NCBI GenBank assembly: GCA_976226885.1
Contig: OZ320320.1
Span: 52,948,001-53,012,000 of the forward strand
Length of the DNA: 64,000 bases
DNA from: Iphione sp. A-MEVVRFRX5
Taxonomy: Eukaryota
Direction: 5' to 3'
This document shows positions 25,030 to 39,789 of this stretch, piece by piece. The stretch's first letter is position 1. The number at the start of each line of letters is the position of its first letter. The notes beneath the pieces were generated by a model that saw nothing but the letters and a program-made list of their open reading frames with translations, was not told where the DNA came from and ran no database searches. Made by a program: the position numbers and the translations under genes.

Positions 25030-26685
25030 GGGTACCACGAGAATTGCCCATTGGCGTGGGGGGAATGGTTCAGTGTGTATACTGAATAACGTCCAAGCTC
25101 AGTTTATGTTAAATATTGAATCTATTCCATGAAAACTCCTTCATAAACCCCACCGAGAAAATGACAATACATCCATGTAAGAGGAAAATTTACATTTCTG
25201 TTAAAAAGCTTGAATTTTTCAGCATCCCCGTCCGCTTGTCTGACGCCATTCTGTTTTTTGTAGCCTGCCTTGCGTTATTTACTTTGTCATATGCAGCCTG
25301 TCATGGTGGCAGTGCGTCCTTTACGGTTATTTATGGGCTAGGGGGCCCGCGGCTCGTGCCCGGTGTCCCTGATGGGTGGTACGCGGCCGCAGGTGAGGAG
25401 GCACCAGTGACGTTATTCTCGGTCCTGACGAGATGCGACGAGAAGCTCCCTGTTTCAGCCACAGCAGGCTGTCCAGGGAGGGCGAGAGAGATTACAAGAA
25501 AAGGGCCACCGGTTCAAGAGGTGAGGGGGGGGGAAGGAAGGGGGGGGGGGAGAGGGAGGGGATGAAACGTTGATGAGGAAAAGAAAGCTATATAGAAAGA
25601 AGGAAAAGCCAGAGGAAAGCAGGAACAAAGGGAAGGAGAGAGAGCAGAGCAAGAGTACGATTAGGGAGGAGAAAGGCAGACAGATGCCGCCAGAATATTA
25701 CGACATGTAGTATTGCCCGTCACTTCACAAAGCTTACCAGGCATGTCAGCACATATGAGCTTCCCAACCTAGGTAGTAAATCACCATATATGAACTACCC
25801 AGTCTTACAAAGCACCATATAGAGATTCCCAACCTAACATATTATGCTATACAGGGACTGTATATGTCATTTAATTTATCAACCGCTCCATAGCTCCCAA
25901 CGCAGCACTCCTGTTCAACAACAGGGAGACTACCCACCAATCCAGCCTGCCTATCTTGTACGTTGAGGCCCTTCCGGCCTGACGTAACGTATGGTGTCCA
26001 AACGCTCCCAATCTGCCCAGCCGTCTTCATAGGAAGCGGCCCGTTCGTAGACCCCAGGGGTCAGCGGGAAGTTTTTGCGGCGGCCACCAGGCGGCGTTGA
26101 TGTTTGAATAATGAATCGCCGCTCGTGCTAGGAGACTATCGATCCTTGTACACGCGGACGCCAGCACGCCCCCCCCCCCAGCGGCTTTATCCTCGGATAA
26201 AAATACAAGAAGAAATGCCAGAACAAGATGAGAAAAAGTAATGAAAATGGAGCCGACGGGTAGATTGGGACTTAGCTGTTGTAAAGGCTAAAGGAAGGGG
26301 AGGTTGGTGATGGAGAGAGTTAGAGATGGGCCTGACTCCTTGTTAACTTGCCATTTATCATTTAGCAAGATAGGTACGGGGTGGCCGGTGCGTGGCCCGG
26401 GATAGGTGAGGGGTTTGTAGTTGCTAATGATGCCAAGCAAAAGCATCGGGCTGGTCAGAGGCGGTACAACGGGCAGGGCCCAATTCATGGTTTCATTGAA
26501 CAAATATGAAGTGGAGGCCAGGCGTTAACATCTCGTGATATATCACACTTGAGATTGTAAGTGAGGGTCGTTATTCTAGTGATTTCTACAAGATGCAGCG
26601 TGTGTAAGGCTTATGCAGTCCTCCTTAATTGATTCTCAGGATATTGTACCAGTGGGAGAGGAGTATAATAATGTACCACATTGTA

Positions 26686-26853
26686 CAGCGGAGACTACGA
26701 TCACTGCTATTTGCGACCTTTCTCTATTTGCGACCATCTGAAATGGGTACCAAAATGTTGATTTCTATTCTTTTGATAACCTATTTGCGACCAAATTCAT
26801 CAATCTGACCATCTCAGCCTCCCAAAGGGTGGTCGTAAATAGGGTCTCCATTG
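26686..26853. mobile_element. MITE (Tc1/mariner-type termini)
   Basis: Left end ta|CAGCGGAGAC, right end GTCTCCATTG|ca (right TA not preserved), internal TTTGCGACC repeats. The right end is nearly identical to the element at 45415-45591. Confidence 0.7.
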
Positions 26854-26904
26854 CAATATAAAAGCTTTTGTTAATGTCGACTTCTGTTAGCAGAATATGA
26901 AGCA

Positions 26905-27170
26905 ATATGTTTGATTATATTGTGTGGGAGCAATGTACGGAAACTTTGAGTTTGAGTTACTGAGTACCTGGTACAACTATTCTCTATAAGCGTAATATTT
27001 TTGATCTGTACGTTTATATGTTGATTATATGTGTGTGAGTTATGTTAGGAACCTTTGAGTTTGAGTTACTGAGTACTTGGTACAATTTTTTCTTTATGAG
27101 CATAATATTTCTAACCTGTATGTTTATATGTTTGATTATATGTGTGGGAGTAGTATATGGAACCTTGGTC
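26905..27170. repeat. ~110-bp tandem repeat, ~2.4 copies
   Basis: Units start at 26905, 27016 and 27126 (ATATGTTTGATTATAT...TTTGAGTTTGAGTTACTGAGTAC). Confidence 0.85.
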
Positions 27171-27793
27171 TAAAGTGTCGTGATGATGTATTCTGGGTTA
27201 TAATTCTATGTATATGTGTTGTTTGTAATAGGTACACTGTAAGTGTTGAGTCATAATTTTTCTCTGTATGCGTGGTATTTGTAGTTCGTACTATTTGTGG
27301 GGGGTTTTTTATTGTAATGTTTATGGGTTCGAGAGTAATGAATGGAAATTTGATCATGTATTATGATGATGTGAATTTGGGTTAAAATTGTAATTGTAAT
27401 ATGTGTAGTATGTTAGTTCATTTATGTGATGTATATGTGTTTGAGCAACCTATGGAAATCTCCTGTATGGGCGAATTTGTGTGCTCAATAAAAATGTTTG
27501 AAATCTGAAATCTGAAATTTGAAAACAGGCGTCATTTGGAATTCAGTTGTTATTTTTACGTGAGAGTACTTTCTTCATGCATGAAGTATTATCTGTTTCA
27601 AGTGTGACTTAGTACTGGATGTGTATTTATCAAGATATTCTATGTGCATGTGGGGCTCCTAGATCTTTGTAGCCCATGCTGGCGATAAAACAGGAGGAAG
27701 CCTATGGGCTTTATCCTAGCTAGGAAAAAGTGAGGTTCAAGAGAGAAGAAAAGTAGTAGTACATCGAGGGAAGGAAAGAGAATATAAATATAT

Positions 27794-27941
27794 NNNNNNN
27801 NNNNNNNNNNNNNNNNNNNNNNNNNNNNNNNNNNNNNNNNNNNNNNNNNNNNNNNNNNNNNNNNNNNNNNNNNNNNNNNNNNNNNNNNNNNNNNNNNNNN
27901 NNNNNNNNNNNNNNNNNNNNNNNNNNNNNNNNNNNNNNNNN
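27794..27941. other. Assembly gap
   Basis: Run of N. Confidence 1.
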
Positions 27942-30900
27942 GAGGTGGAAAATTACACACTGATCAAAAACGCTATTGTCATGGGATTGTTTGCGAGACC
28001 TGACAAACATTGCTGGTTGACCAGTCTCCTCTCACAGAGATGACCTAACGCCCCGAATGTTAACCGGAGCGCAAATCAGTGTACGCCATACAATCTATTC
28101 CTCATTCCAGCGTACTCACGGCCACCATTTATCGGTGTGTTTGCATTGGCAGGTGACAAAACTCTCGGTGAGCTCACTATTACTCGACCGATTGCAAACA
28201 AAGCATGGTGGGTATATGCTTGGGTGGCGGGAATCGCTCTGGTGGAGAGTGCCCCCGTGCTTATGACTTAGTTATGAGATGGTGAGTATTATGTCAGAGG
28301 CAGTCACCTCATTAGGGGAACAGCTGCCGTGATCACAGCGCGTATCAACGGCGTCCCTGGGATAGCACCCTGTAAAGGTACCAGGAGGAGGGAAGCAACG
28401 CAGCTCCGCTAGGATTGAGGTACTCTTAAAGGTATCAGGTGGAGTGGGTTAAATAACCATCCAGTCAAGTGTATGTATCAGTGTAGGCAGTTTATCCACT
28501 CGCATGCCCAGTTCAGCAACCTGTAATATACAAACAAATATCCTAATTTTAGATTTATGGATACTTAGCAGTGCTAACAGATTTCTATCAGTCCGGGCCC
28601 ATTCCAACGCAAACCCAGGTTCCCTATAGCCAGTATATCACACTTTTCAGTATCACTGGGCACACACCACTATCTATTTATAGGTCAGTGGCCACGTATG
28701 CCATGTATTCACGGGTCTTAAAATTCTCTTTGTAGAATAGAATCACTAGTAGGTGACATATTAAGATGAATATACATAGCCTCCTTTACGTGGAATATGC
28801 GTGTAAAAATTGTTTGTATTTCTTGCGCGAGGCCTTTAAGATGTATAATAGAAACAAGGACTAGCTCTCCTATCATCACTGATTCTTTTACCTCCACAGT
28901 ATTTTTCTTAAGTTAATCGATGGATACATGAACTAGAGGCAAAACGTTGAATTGTTACAATCCATACAAACATGAAATTAGGCCTGACAACCATTCGTTT
29001 ACACCTGTACTTGAAGTGAACGATCCATGTGTAATGCCCGTGCTTGGCAGTACAGAATAGGCAAAAATAAAGTATGACGCGAAGTACACGACATGGCTGT
29101 ATATAACGTAAAGGTGAAACCCAGAATATGTGATAGCTTCTTAAAAAACAAGGTTAATCTTCAGCCAACCACCAGCCCAGCCAAGCCTGCATCCCACGAG
29201 GAAATGAGGGACCTCGGTGCGAACATGAGTAGACTTCCCAGAATTAGTTGGTGAGAAAAACCGCCAAGAGAAGACGAAAGGGGACGAGACGCCTAACAGG
29301 CGTTTTTTTCCCGGAGGGACTGGCTATAAAACCTCTTTTTCCTTCTTGATACTAGCCTCTGGCTTTGAAGTAGATCTCCCACTACGGTAACTAATTGACT
29401 GGCTGGTTTATACGCGCTAGTTGACTCCTGTGCGACAAGATGAGGCTTACGTACGTTTTGCTACACTTGGTATGTATTTCACGGGGTATTTTAGTGGTCA
29501 GTAGACTTTGAAGACTGATTTGTGGTTGTCTATCAATACTTCCTTTTTGATTAAATGATATATTCCGCACTTTTATTGCAAACGATAGTTGTTGAAGTGT
29601 ATTTATGAACACATGAATAGCTCTGCCTATGATAAAGTCATCGTTGACAATTCGGCATTGATATACTTAACCGTGAGAGCAGGGTTGCATTAGAGTTAGT
29701 TGTACGATATCTACTATGTATTTCTCAGAAAATGAGTCTGTCAAAGGCCAGGTGTGTAAGGGGATGAGTTGTGTATCCGTTTAAGCGATAGGCTGGACCG
29801 AAATACATTTATGCACTATTGACAGTGCACAGTTCAAGGCTTGTTATATGACATTGATAATAAGCCGTTGTGAAGGTTTTGCTAGAGACATAAGCTTTAA
29901 AGAATTCCACATTCACATTATACCTAAAGTGAGCTCCCATGTTTCATCTTCTCGGGAAATGAGCTCCACACCACACGGCCTAAGCTCATTGGTGTTATAG
30001 ATTAACTATGCCAAATCCATAAATGAGATTACTGGGGCCAGCTGTTGTCCCTTTTCCTCATGTATCGGTCATCTTAGACCTTGACCAGTCCACCCAAATT
30101 GCTGTTATTGCTTCGGTGGTTTGTATATATATATTTATATATGTATATATCAACAACCTCAATATTGAGCCACCCCAGAACAAAGCCACCTGTTTAACTG
30201 GGATGAATTTTGCTGCAACAAAGTCTTTTATCTATAGTTTATTCATCTCAATTTCCGATGAGATCACCAAACCAATATTTCGTCAATTATGTTATCTGCG
30301 TGCACCTTCCAAACGTGTTTATTCCTACGTTAGAATGTTGACTGAGAGTGGTTAGGCCGCTGTAGAACAGTTTGCGTGTGCTTACACAATATCGGCCAGT
30401 ATAACAGGAGCTGGAATAATATTAATAATTGTACGCGATCAATAAGAGTATACACAACTGATTGTGAATTAAACCAGCACATCTGCGGTATTTTTGTATC
30501 CAAAATTGACCGAGTAAGATTATAAGGTGAGAAAGAACTGGTTGAGTACAGTGGAGTAGGAAAGGGAACAGAGACAGATAAACAAAAAAACAGTAGTAGT
30601 AATAGTAGCAGTTGCTGTAGCAATAGTTAGTACCTGTGTTAGTAGTCGGAAGTAATATTAACAATGAGAATACATTGACCATGATTTGTTGAAGGACAAG
30701 CCAGAGGGAAACGTTCAACATATTCATTGTGATATAACCAAGGAATGGATGAACATGGTTATGCCATACGATTAGTATTGTCGTTGTTGATAGCGACGGG
30801 AAGCGGGGTGGTAATTGTCGTACAGTTAAACGGGTGCCCTGGAGGACGCTGTGATTGTAGTAGGGCAGGTACTATTGAGGACGTCCATTGCGTGGCACCT

Positions 30901-33530
30901 TGGCACGGTGCCAGGCACGCATCACCGGGGTTATAACAAGGGAGCCAGAGGGTCTCTTGTTTGTGTGCCCTTCAAGTACACTATTGGCCTGCGCCAGTGC
31001 GCGCACACACACACAACACACACACATATGCATACACACTCACGCACGCACAAACATTGTGTATTTTGGCACAACACATAATTGGGGATTTACCACTCCA
31101 GCTATCCCCTACCATTCTACCTACCTCTTGCGTTTTATTCACAGACCCCATCATCGCCTTGCTATTCAAGCCCAAACCACCCAATTAACTATTAAGTCAC
31201 AGCCCCACTTAAGTCGTCCAACCCAACCAGTACCAGTCTCAAACACCCATCTTCCCCAGCCTAACCCTGCCAACAACACACCATCCTTTCATCCATCCAT
31301 CCATCTGTCGACCCGTCAGTGACCCATTCCTTCACCCATAAACCCACACACCTGTTGGCACACTAACACGCCAATCGTCATCCTTGACTGTATTTTGCAT
31401 TAGCCTACCTCCACGGCCGTAAATGCAGCGATCTCAGTCTGTTTAATCAGTTCAGCCTGGCTTTAACCATTTGAGCTGCTCCTACCATTGATCAGTAGTC
31501 ACTAGTGATTTTGATCTTGGTCTGGCCTGGCAAATCCAGCACTTGGTGCTCGAGTTCCGTATGTCTGCCTGTACTTAGAGTACTCACTATCAAATCCCCG
31601 CCAGTCTGTGAGAGATGGTTAAAAAAAATCAACATGGGGAAAATTGAAAACGTCCGAAGGAACCTGCCTGTAATGATAGTTCCTCATAATATAATATATA
31701 CATCACATTCCTAGGTGATAGCTTTGGTACGTAATGCTAATTGTGTTAAAATTCAGGGCTTTTAGTTCTCTGAAATTAAGGCTAATGAATATCTAGTTTT
31801 TTTTTGTACGTCAGACCATTTAGGAGGAGAGCAGTGCCACTATATATATATATATATATATATATGGACGTATTTATAAGATCGATTAAAAAAGGATCAG
31901 TGTTATTATAATAGTATGCAGAAGTATGGGCATCCCTGGGTTTAGAATGAAAGTGTCTTGACAATACCGCCATACAGTGACCGTCCAAAGATTGAAACAA
32001 GTTTAACTATGTTGCACAAGACCACAGGTCCAGTGAAACGAGTTCCCATGTTTGCATAGCCCCTGTGAGTGTGCGATTGTCTTTATTCCACGCTTTCTGA
32101 AAGATTTCTGATTAATATTTTGCTAGATCAACCGTCATCTTCTCCAAAATCGGGAGTCAGCAAAATGTCAGTCCAATTCCTATACTCAATCTGACCCACT
32201 GAGTATATGGATTGGTAAGTTCTTTGTTAACTTTCTGTTTGAGTGAACATGACGCCCAGCAAAAACCTTTGGCTTAAATAGAAATATGCTTCGAAATGGC
32301 TTGAAAAGAGCTCTAATTGACGTAAACTGTCTTAAATGTAGGTGATCCTATTCACAATTTCACTTCGAACTATATACAAGTATTTTCATTATCTTTCGTT
32401 CTTTAAAAACGCTAATTAATATATCTTCAGCCATTTTTTTATACTTCAAACTTAGAATTCTTGTGTACTATACAATTTTTCTCGTGCAGTACGCACTGAA
32501 ATACTGCACGACTATGGAAGTGTGGTAAAAGTGCGCTTGCACTGCACGAGAGTGAAATACATGTTTTTTTTCTCATATCCGAATATAATCTCAGTGAACC
32601 ATTGCACTCGAAGTCCCTCATTATGATTTCTCGCGTTATCCGAACAAAGCACTTAACCGAATGACTCTACATTCCATTCCACTACTTCGAATTCTGCGGG
32701 TCGCCTATATTATGTGAATATGGATAATAACTAGGAGAATTGCTTCTATACATGTAAGAATGATGAATGGAGAACTGCTAGTATACAAGAATAGATGGAT
32801 GTATCTCGGAGACCGACGTTACACCCCAATTTCAGGGTCTTTGCCAGAGCTTCCTCGCAGCAGTGCGGACGCAAGACTAAGGTCGAACTATGGCACGGAA
32901 CCTACTACAGCCCCGCCCTCCCCACTTCATTTCCAGGCCATCCCACCCCCCTCCCATCATTCCCTGCTTGATGGTGCCATGGCGTGCCACGTTGAGGTAA
33001 CAAACGACCTCCACTTTACTTCCAATACACGCTCCCGTGTGGTATCCCTCAATTTCCCTCCCTACTGTACTTATCGCTCAATCATACCGACCCTTAGCAT
33101 TTATTGATATTCTCTTCAAGTCTGTCGTTTTCTTTATAAGAACTGTCTGGAAGTTTCTCTCTGTGCAAGGGACATTGAGTGATTATCATTATTTTTGAGA
33201 GTGTGTTCGTACTCGGTGGTATAGAAGGACTAATGGAAAGACAGTGTTTTTTATGGTCCTCGCTCATCTACATTGTGACTATAATGTACTGTCTGAAATA
33301 TGAATTTACTGCTACAGTTAGTTCACTTTTTGCCTTTGACTAAAACCCTCCAGTCACCAAGAGGATTTTTTTATACAAAAAAAATCCATAAAACCAAAGC
33401 GACCGCAATAAAATGCAAAGTGAACATACGTCAGTGCCATACTGCATAGCCTACCTGAGCTTTTTAACAAAGTTTACCTGAAATTATATGTATATACACC
33501 GGTAAGAGCAGGGATTCTTTGTCAATATAC

Positions 33531-34120
33531 TTAGTACCATGCCCCATCACCAACCTGAGCTAGTCCCATATGAGTGAAGGTTATTTGTGTAGATATACTT
33601 AGAACCATGCAGCAGTACTAACCTTACCTAGTTCTGATTGACTGAAGGTTATCTCTGCAACTATACCAAATAACATGCACCACAACCAACATGAGCTAGT
33701 TCCATATGCATGAAGGTTATCTGTATACATATACTTTTACTTAGAACCATGCAACAGCATCAACCTTAGCTAGTTCTGTAGTGTGGGTTATCTGTGTAAT
33801 TATTCTTAGAACTATGCAGCAACATCAGCCTTAGCTGGTTCTGTGTGAATTTGGGTTATCTGTGTAATTATTCTTAGAACTATACAGCAGCAGCAACCTT
33901 AGCGAGTTCTGTATGAGTGTGGGTTATGTGTAATTATTCATAGAACCATGCAGCAGAATTAACCTTAGCTGGTTCTGAATGAGTGTGGTTTATCTGTGTA
34001 ATTATTCTGAGAACCATGCAGCAGCACCAACCTGAGCTAGTTTTGTATGATTGTACATAGTTTATATGTACAATCATACTCAGTACCATGCAATAGCACC
34101 AGCCTCAGCTGGTTCTGTAT
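33531..34120. repeat. Degenerate ~65-70-bp tandem repeat (~9 copies)
   Basis: Recurring TTAGAACCATGCAGCAGCA-CAACCTTAGCTAGTTCTG-ATGAGTG-GGTTATCTGTGT, with partial copies out to ~34520. Confidence 0.85.
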
Positions 34121-34145
34121 TCCAGTGAACGTCCTCTTTATACAG

Positions 34146-34171
34146 GAGAATCCCTCATTCCGGACAAGCAT
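34146..34171 (+). other. Candidate 26-nt microexon
   Basis: gtcctctttatacag| acceptor and |gtaagt donor; open as (G)ESLIPDKH with phase 1 in, phase 0 out. Confidence 0.3.
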
Positions 34172-35439
34172 GTAAGTAGGAAATCTCACATCATGGACAG
34201 GCAACAGACAACAAAGTCTATGTCATCATGTACATGTATAAATGTTCATGTTATTCTGGACATCCCTCTGTATGGAGAGTTTTTTTATTCCAGTTCTTTC
34301 GCTGCCCGTATTATTGAGATTCCACTGTGCCCAGAACCGTGCAACACCAACAGCATTCACAGTTCATAAGGTAGTTTGTTTCAGTATGAGTGAAGGTTCT
34401 TTGTGTATACTGTAGTGACATATAGCATCACTACCCCAAACATGGTTATATCTTGAGGAGCACAGCTTCTCTGTATAGACTCAGTACCATAGAACGACAC
34501 CACCAACCGAAATAGTTTATGACTGGAGAACGGTTTACCTCAGGGCACTGTATGGGTGGATTCTTTAAGTGTCGGTTACACCAGCTGAAAGTACACTGTT
34601 TGGTACTGAATATGCCCATCTGTGCCCGACGTCCTTATTTGTGTGCAGGGCTGGACTGGTCGAGCCCCCGTGAATACTTAAAGAGGATAGAGACCTTTCC
34701 GGATTCCATGCGTATTTAGCAATGTCTGCATTGACCAGTCGTTTGAATATAGGGATGCCATTGCATGGCTTTATTTTACCTTTTGCTCTTTAACATAGCT
34801 TTATCAATTCTTACGTTCACCAAAGACTATAACCTCTTCTTGGCGAATTTCCAAATTTAAACAGGAACAAAGTTATCCTCACTACTATGCTACACATTTT
34901 AGAATTGCTTGGTAAAAGTCAGTCTTGATTAATTACGGAACATTGATCATTATGAGCATCTACATCTATAAAGTGCGATGGAAAGGTGTCGCTGCGAACA
35001 ACTATGGGCCAAATCCTAGCTGTCTGCGTTGTCGTCCTAATTAGTCCCCTGATAGTGAGTGTGGGTGAGCTGTTGAGTTGAAGCGTTCACATGCCCGAAT
35101 CATCCATCATCTTGCGTTGCGCATTTACTCAGACCTGAGTAAACATCCATTTTATTTTACTGGCTGTGAATGGCAAGTGACCTAGTGACCCAGTGTCGCC
35201 GCCAACCCATCACCTGGAGACGGTGAAGGTAAATAAACGTTTTGAACAGTCTGCGAGCCTACTGGTACTCACACGAACTAATAATGGCCCTCGGCGGACA
35301 GTCTATCTGGGAATTATTGCTACACCTAGTGGGGTTTCACAACAACCTTGCCCATTGCTCGACTGCAATAGTTCCCATCAACAAACGTTTTTCTCTTTCA
35401 GGTTTAGTTCTTTTTCCCTACTAGAGCTTCGTCTCCCTG

Positions 35440-35574
35440 NNNNNNNNNNNNNNNNNNNNNNNNNNNNNNNNNNNNNNNNNNNNNNNNNNNNNNNNNNNNN
35501 NNNNNNNNNNNNNNNNNNNNNNNNNNNNNNNNNNNNNNNNNNNNNNNNNNNNNNNNNNNNNNNNNNNNNNNNNN
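35440..35574. other. Assembly gap
   Basis: Run of N. Confidence 1.
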
Positions 35575-38064
35575 TCTCTCATAATTTGTCCATCTGTCTT
35601 TTCTGTGTCTCCCTCCACGTCTCCTCCTTTCCCATACCCGTTTTCTGAGATACTTCTCTCTGTCTCTGCCTTTGTCTCTCTGTCTGTATCTCTCTCTGTC
35701 TCCCTCTTTCTCTATGTTTCTCTCCTCCTGCATTTATCTACCTGTTTCTGTCCCCATTTTTTCGATCCAATCTTATGCCTACATGACGTTTGTGACCGTC
35801 CCCCATAGTATCCCTTACTAGCTGCATTAACACTTACCTCAGCGACCTCCAACTACATGAAGTAGTACGCCCCCTGGGGGAGGTGGCATCAATTAGCCTG
35901 AACAGTGCATACACGTGTCTCGATTTTGTGTGAGGGTCCGAGTATTGTCGAGAGGTTGGGCTGTTTGGGGGATGGAGGACAAATGCTTCAAAGCAGTCAT
36001 CTTGCCGGGTCGCCAGTTACCTTCACAAGGGATCGATTTTCCCTCAATACGTATTGACAGGTATTTGATTTGCCAGTGTGTGCGTGCGTGTGTGTTTGTT
36101 GGATGGGGTAGGGGGTTTGGTTTAAAAGGGTTGATGGAAGGTATTTTTATGCAGGGCTTATAGGTGAAGAAAACAGCCGCAATCCTATAATTGTAATGGG
36201 TATTACGTGTACTCTCATCGGGCAGCAAGTCTGTATTATTGGCGTCGTAACTGACGAGCATGAATACAACTGTAAGGCCTTTGCCTCTTGTGGGTATGGT
36301 CTCAGCAGTGGTCTGTCTCAAATATGCGGTTATTTTATCTCTGACATTCAGTCGCTTTAAGTCATCAATTCAGTCGCATTAGTGATATTTGCTGAATATA
36401 TCGCAGTCAGCTGAACCATCTACCTCAAATAACAGTCGCCCCGTTTCGCTCAGTCAGGGAGCTGTCATCCATTGCGTTGGTCAGTGTTTGCATTGACATC
36501 CTCTGGTTATGTTTCCATATCCGGTGACCTTATCTCAGACATGCAGAATGACCAAGTGGAAGGAAATACCTCGACAAGAGTACGTGTAGTACATAAGTAT
36601 GTGTATTGCAAGTCATTGTTAGCTGTCCAGAGTAGAGTTTTGTCATGCCTCAGCTGTTGCGTTGCCAGTCATATAATGGAGCTTCCAAAGAAACAATCTA
36701 GTTGTTCTTCTAGGGATAGGAGTCATGGCACAGTAGTCAGTGCTCTTGGTCTTATGTTAACACGTCCACATGTGAAATAATATAATTCCTGTTTTCCACA
36801 CCTGGTCGTTCCCACGATAAATGTGTGACACGGCGCCACTGCTGGAGCTTCCTTCCCACCTCTCCCGACTGGCAGCCCCCCCCCCCTTGTGTGGTGGTCC
36901 TTCCCCCAAAGGAGCTTACACTGTGGTGCAGAGTGAGTCCTCCACTGAGAGGATTCCGCAAGCGTTCCCTCTAACGTGATTACGTCCGACGTAACGTAGC
37001 TGCTTATAAATGTTGGAGGTTAATGCATATATGAATCCCCCATAACGCGCAATTTCCCTTTTGGTGCGGACAAAGTATGATGGCGCCCGGAAACAAACGG
37101 GATTTAAATAGAAGTCAACCAAGGACAAAGTAGCTAGCAGCAGGTACAGCTGTTGAGTTTCATGGATATAGTGTATAAAATAAATGGTGGATATAGGCAC
37201 AAAGGTGGCAAGTTCCGTAGTGTATCAATTGGTAACCATTGGGAGCCCTCTGGGACAACGGCGGACCGGTGCCAGTTGACCTTTTGTCGAGTAGGAGGTA
37301 TAAATTCAGTACAAAAGGTGCTGGTAGAGTGGTCAGCGCAGTAAGCAGTGGTTAAACAATAGGCACCTCCAGTCATGTTCATTTGAACATCACGTTCAAG
37401 GACATAATTTTTGTGACAACAAAAGGTCAATGGGCTCGTTCCTAGTCACATCAGCCGTTTGGGAAGTCTTCGTGGGAACCATCTCTAATTTTGCTCTGCC
37501 GTGGTGTGCAGTTAGACGCATACATCGAGACCACTTCTAAAGAAAGTAAGATGCTGTTGGCCTGTCCTATGAAACCCTTCTCCCCTCATCTGCCTCCTGT
37601 CTTATTGCCATGGAAACAGGGCGTTAATCACGTTAGCCGGACTGGTCGTGTTCCAGAGGAGCCCGTCATTTCTTCCGTTATCGCTCAGAGCTGGGTATAT
37701 TTCATAGTTTAATGCATTGGGCGGAATGGGGAAGATGCGAAAGGACTGGGTCGTTTGTTTAATCTGTTAGTTATCTTAGCTATCAATGTTGCTCACGAAT
37801 GTGAAAAAAATTCCCCTTATTCATATTACTTAAATGCTTGCACAGCTGAGCCTTACCTACCGTATCCGTTTTATTCTTTAAGAAACTTTCCTCTCTCTCT
37901 CTCAATGCATTGCCATTTCGGGGGGGATTTGTAAATATCAGAATTTTGGGATCCTTGCCGACGAGGCTATCGTTTCCCGTACTACTGCAGTATTCCGCGT
38001 GCTCATCCTGCTGAGCTGGGGAATTTATACATTCGTATGTTAAAATGATAACTATTTTTATATA

Positions 38065-38243
38065 CAGTAGAACTTCACAGATATGACCATCCAAGACAAG
38101 GGACACCCCTTGACTGGGGATACCTTTTCTGGAAGAGCTTCTTGTTTGGGCTATACACAGTACCATCCAGGACTGGGGACACCCCCTAAATGGGGAAGTT
38201 TTCACTGGGAACCAAGGGTGTCTCCATTTGTGAGATTCTACTG
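38065..38243. mobile_element. MITE with TA TSD
   Basis: ta|CAGTAGAACTTCACAGA ... TTGTGAGATTCTACTG|ta imperfect TIRs; internal GGGGACACC repeats. Confidence 0.8.
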
Positions 38244-39789
38244 TACATAAATGACGTGCCAGTTTAAAATGCGTCCTCCCGTTTGTGAATGGGACGAAGG
38301 GAAACCAATTTGAATGACGGGGATGAATTTGCTTCGATCCTCCTCTGCGAGCAGATATAAGAAAGGCTCGATCTGTGTGGTTACCAAGGAGATGGGAGTA
38401 CAAGAGAGTCGTCCATTCTGGCGTCGCTGCTCTTTATATTCCGCCAGGAGATGGAGTTTGCAAGACAGTCCTCTAGAAGAGGATGACGTTCGTAGAAAAA
38501 AAAACAGTCAGGTTGTTATGAGTCATGTATTCAGTGCAGAATGATTACCTCTTTTTTTAAAGAGAGCGGAGAGCTAATTTCTTCTCGTTTTGCCCCGGGA
38601 GGGGGCAAAGATTGAAAGATGGGATCAGACAGACTGGTATAAATGGCCTCCACCCTTGTCAGCTTATTCTGGCGGACAAAATATTGGATGGATTCGGGGC
38701 AAATAGAAACTTGTCTCAATATGTGGGGGTTGAAAAGGTCAAGCACATAAAGCGAAGGGTTGAAAAGGTCATTACGATGTCGCTTTTACTGTAGAAGTAG
38801 CCGTTTGGTCTGTCTACTAAGAGTAGGATCTATAGACGTCTATTCTCCGTAGTCATTAGCGGTTGGTAGGCATTCGTTCTACGAACACACCGTGTTAGAG
38901 GAAAAATCAAGGGCAAGAGAAGGACATGTTTCTGAAAAATTGACTAATTCGAAGAAGGACCGGGGGAGAGAATAACTAGCTTACATCAGCTAGTCAACAT
39001 ACAGTACAGATGCTTCTTTAGTACCAAGTATGAGAAAGAAGACTGGGTGGGGGTGGGGGGTGGCATAGTGTTAGGCATCATAGGTTTTTTGCAGGAATCG
39101 ATACTACCTATGTTGCAAACAATTTCACAGGAAATCACTCTGTTTGTTGCCTGTTTGCTCATGACTGACTACAAATGCATGATGTGAAAAAAATACTCTC
39201 TATCATGTGGAATATATGTAATACCACATACCTTACCTGCCAGACATGTTTTGAAGCTATTATATTGAATGGAAGGATTGCCAACATTGCCTATTTAGAA
39301 CCAGTCAGGCTGTACGATTTACTTTTGTCCTACGTTTTCGAGAGAGGAGTCATTTGACCAGCTAGGAGCTACATTACTGAAAATGGCCTGTTTGAACTTG
39401 TGTTGACCTGCATCCATTTGTAGATGTACATCTACATTTATTATTTATATGTAATATATGCCATGTATATATCCAAATCCACAGTTTTTTTTTAAATTCC
39501 ATGACTTGGTTGCAATGTTTTGGGTGAAGGTTTCAGGCCTAAGCAGCCAGCTTGTAACCACCACCTTGACTAATATTAGCCAGTCTGGAATGGCGCCTGG
39601 TCAGGGTCAGATTATTCGCACATGCAGGGTTTCCTTTAACGGCCAACATGAAATTTACCCGATAACACGCCTCATGAAAGTTTCATTGGGCGCCACCAGA
39701 GGGAGTCCCTCCTGCTTCCCCCGTTGACCCGGATCTCAGCTCAGCAATCATTGTGCCACTACCATTCACTGCGGAGCGCGCCCGGAACG

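Noticed and set aside
37783-38403. 206-aa minus-strand ORF
   Set aside because: Runs through a MITE, has non-protein-like composition and no motif.
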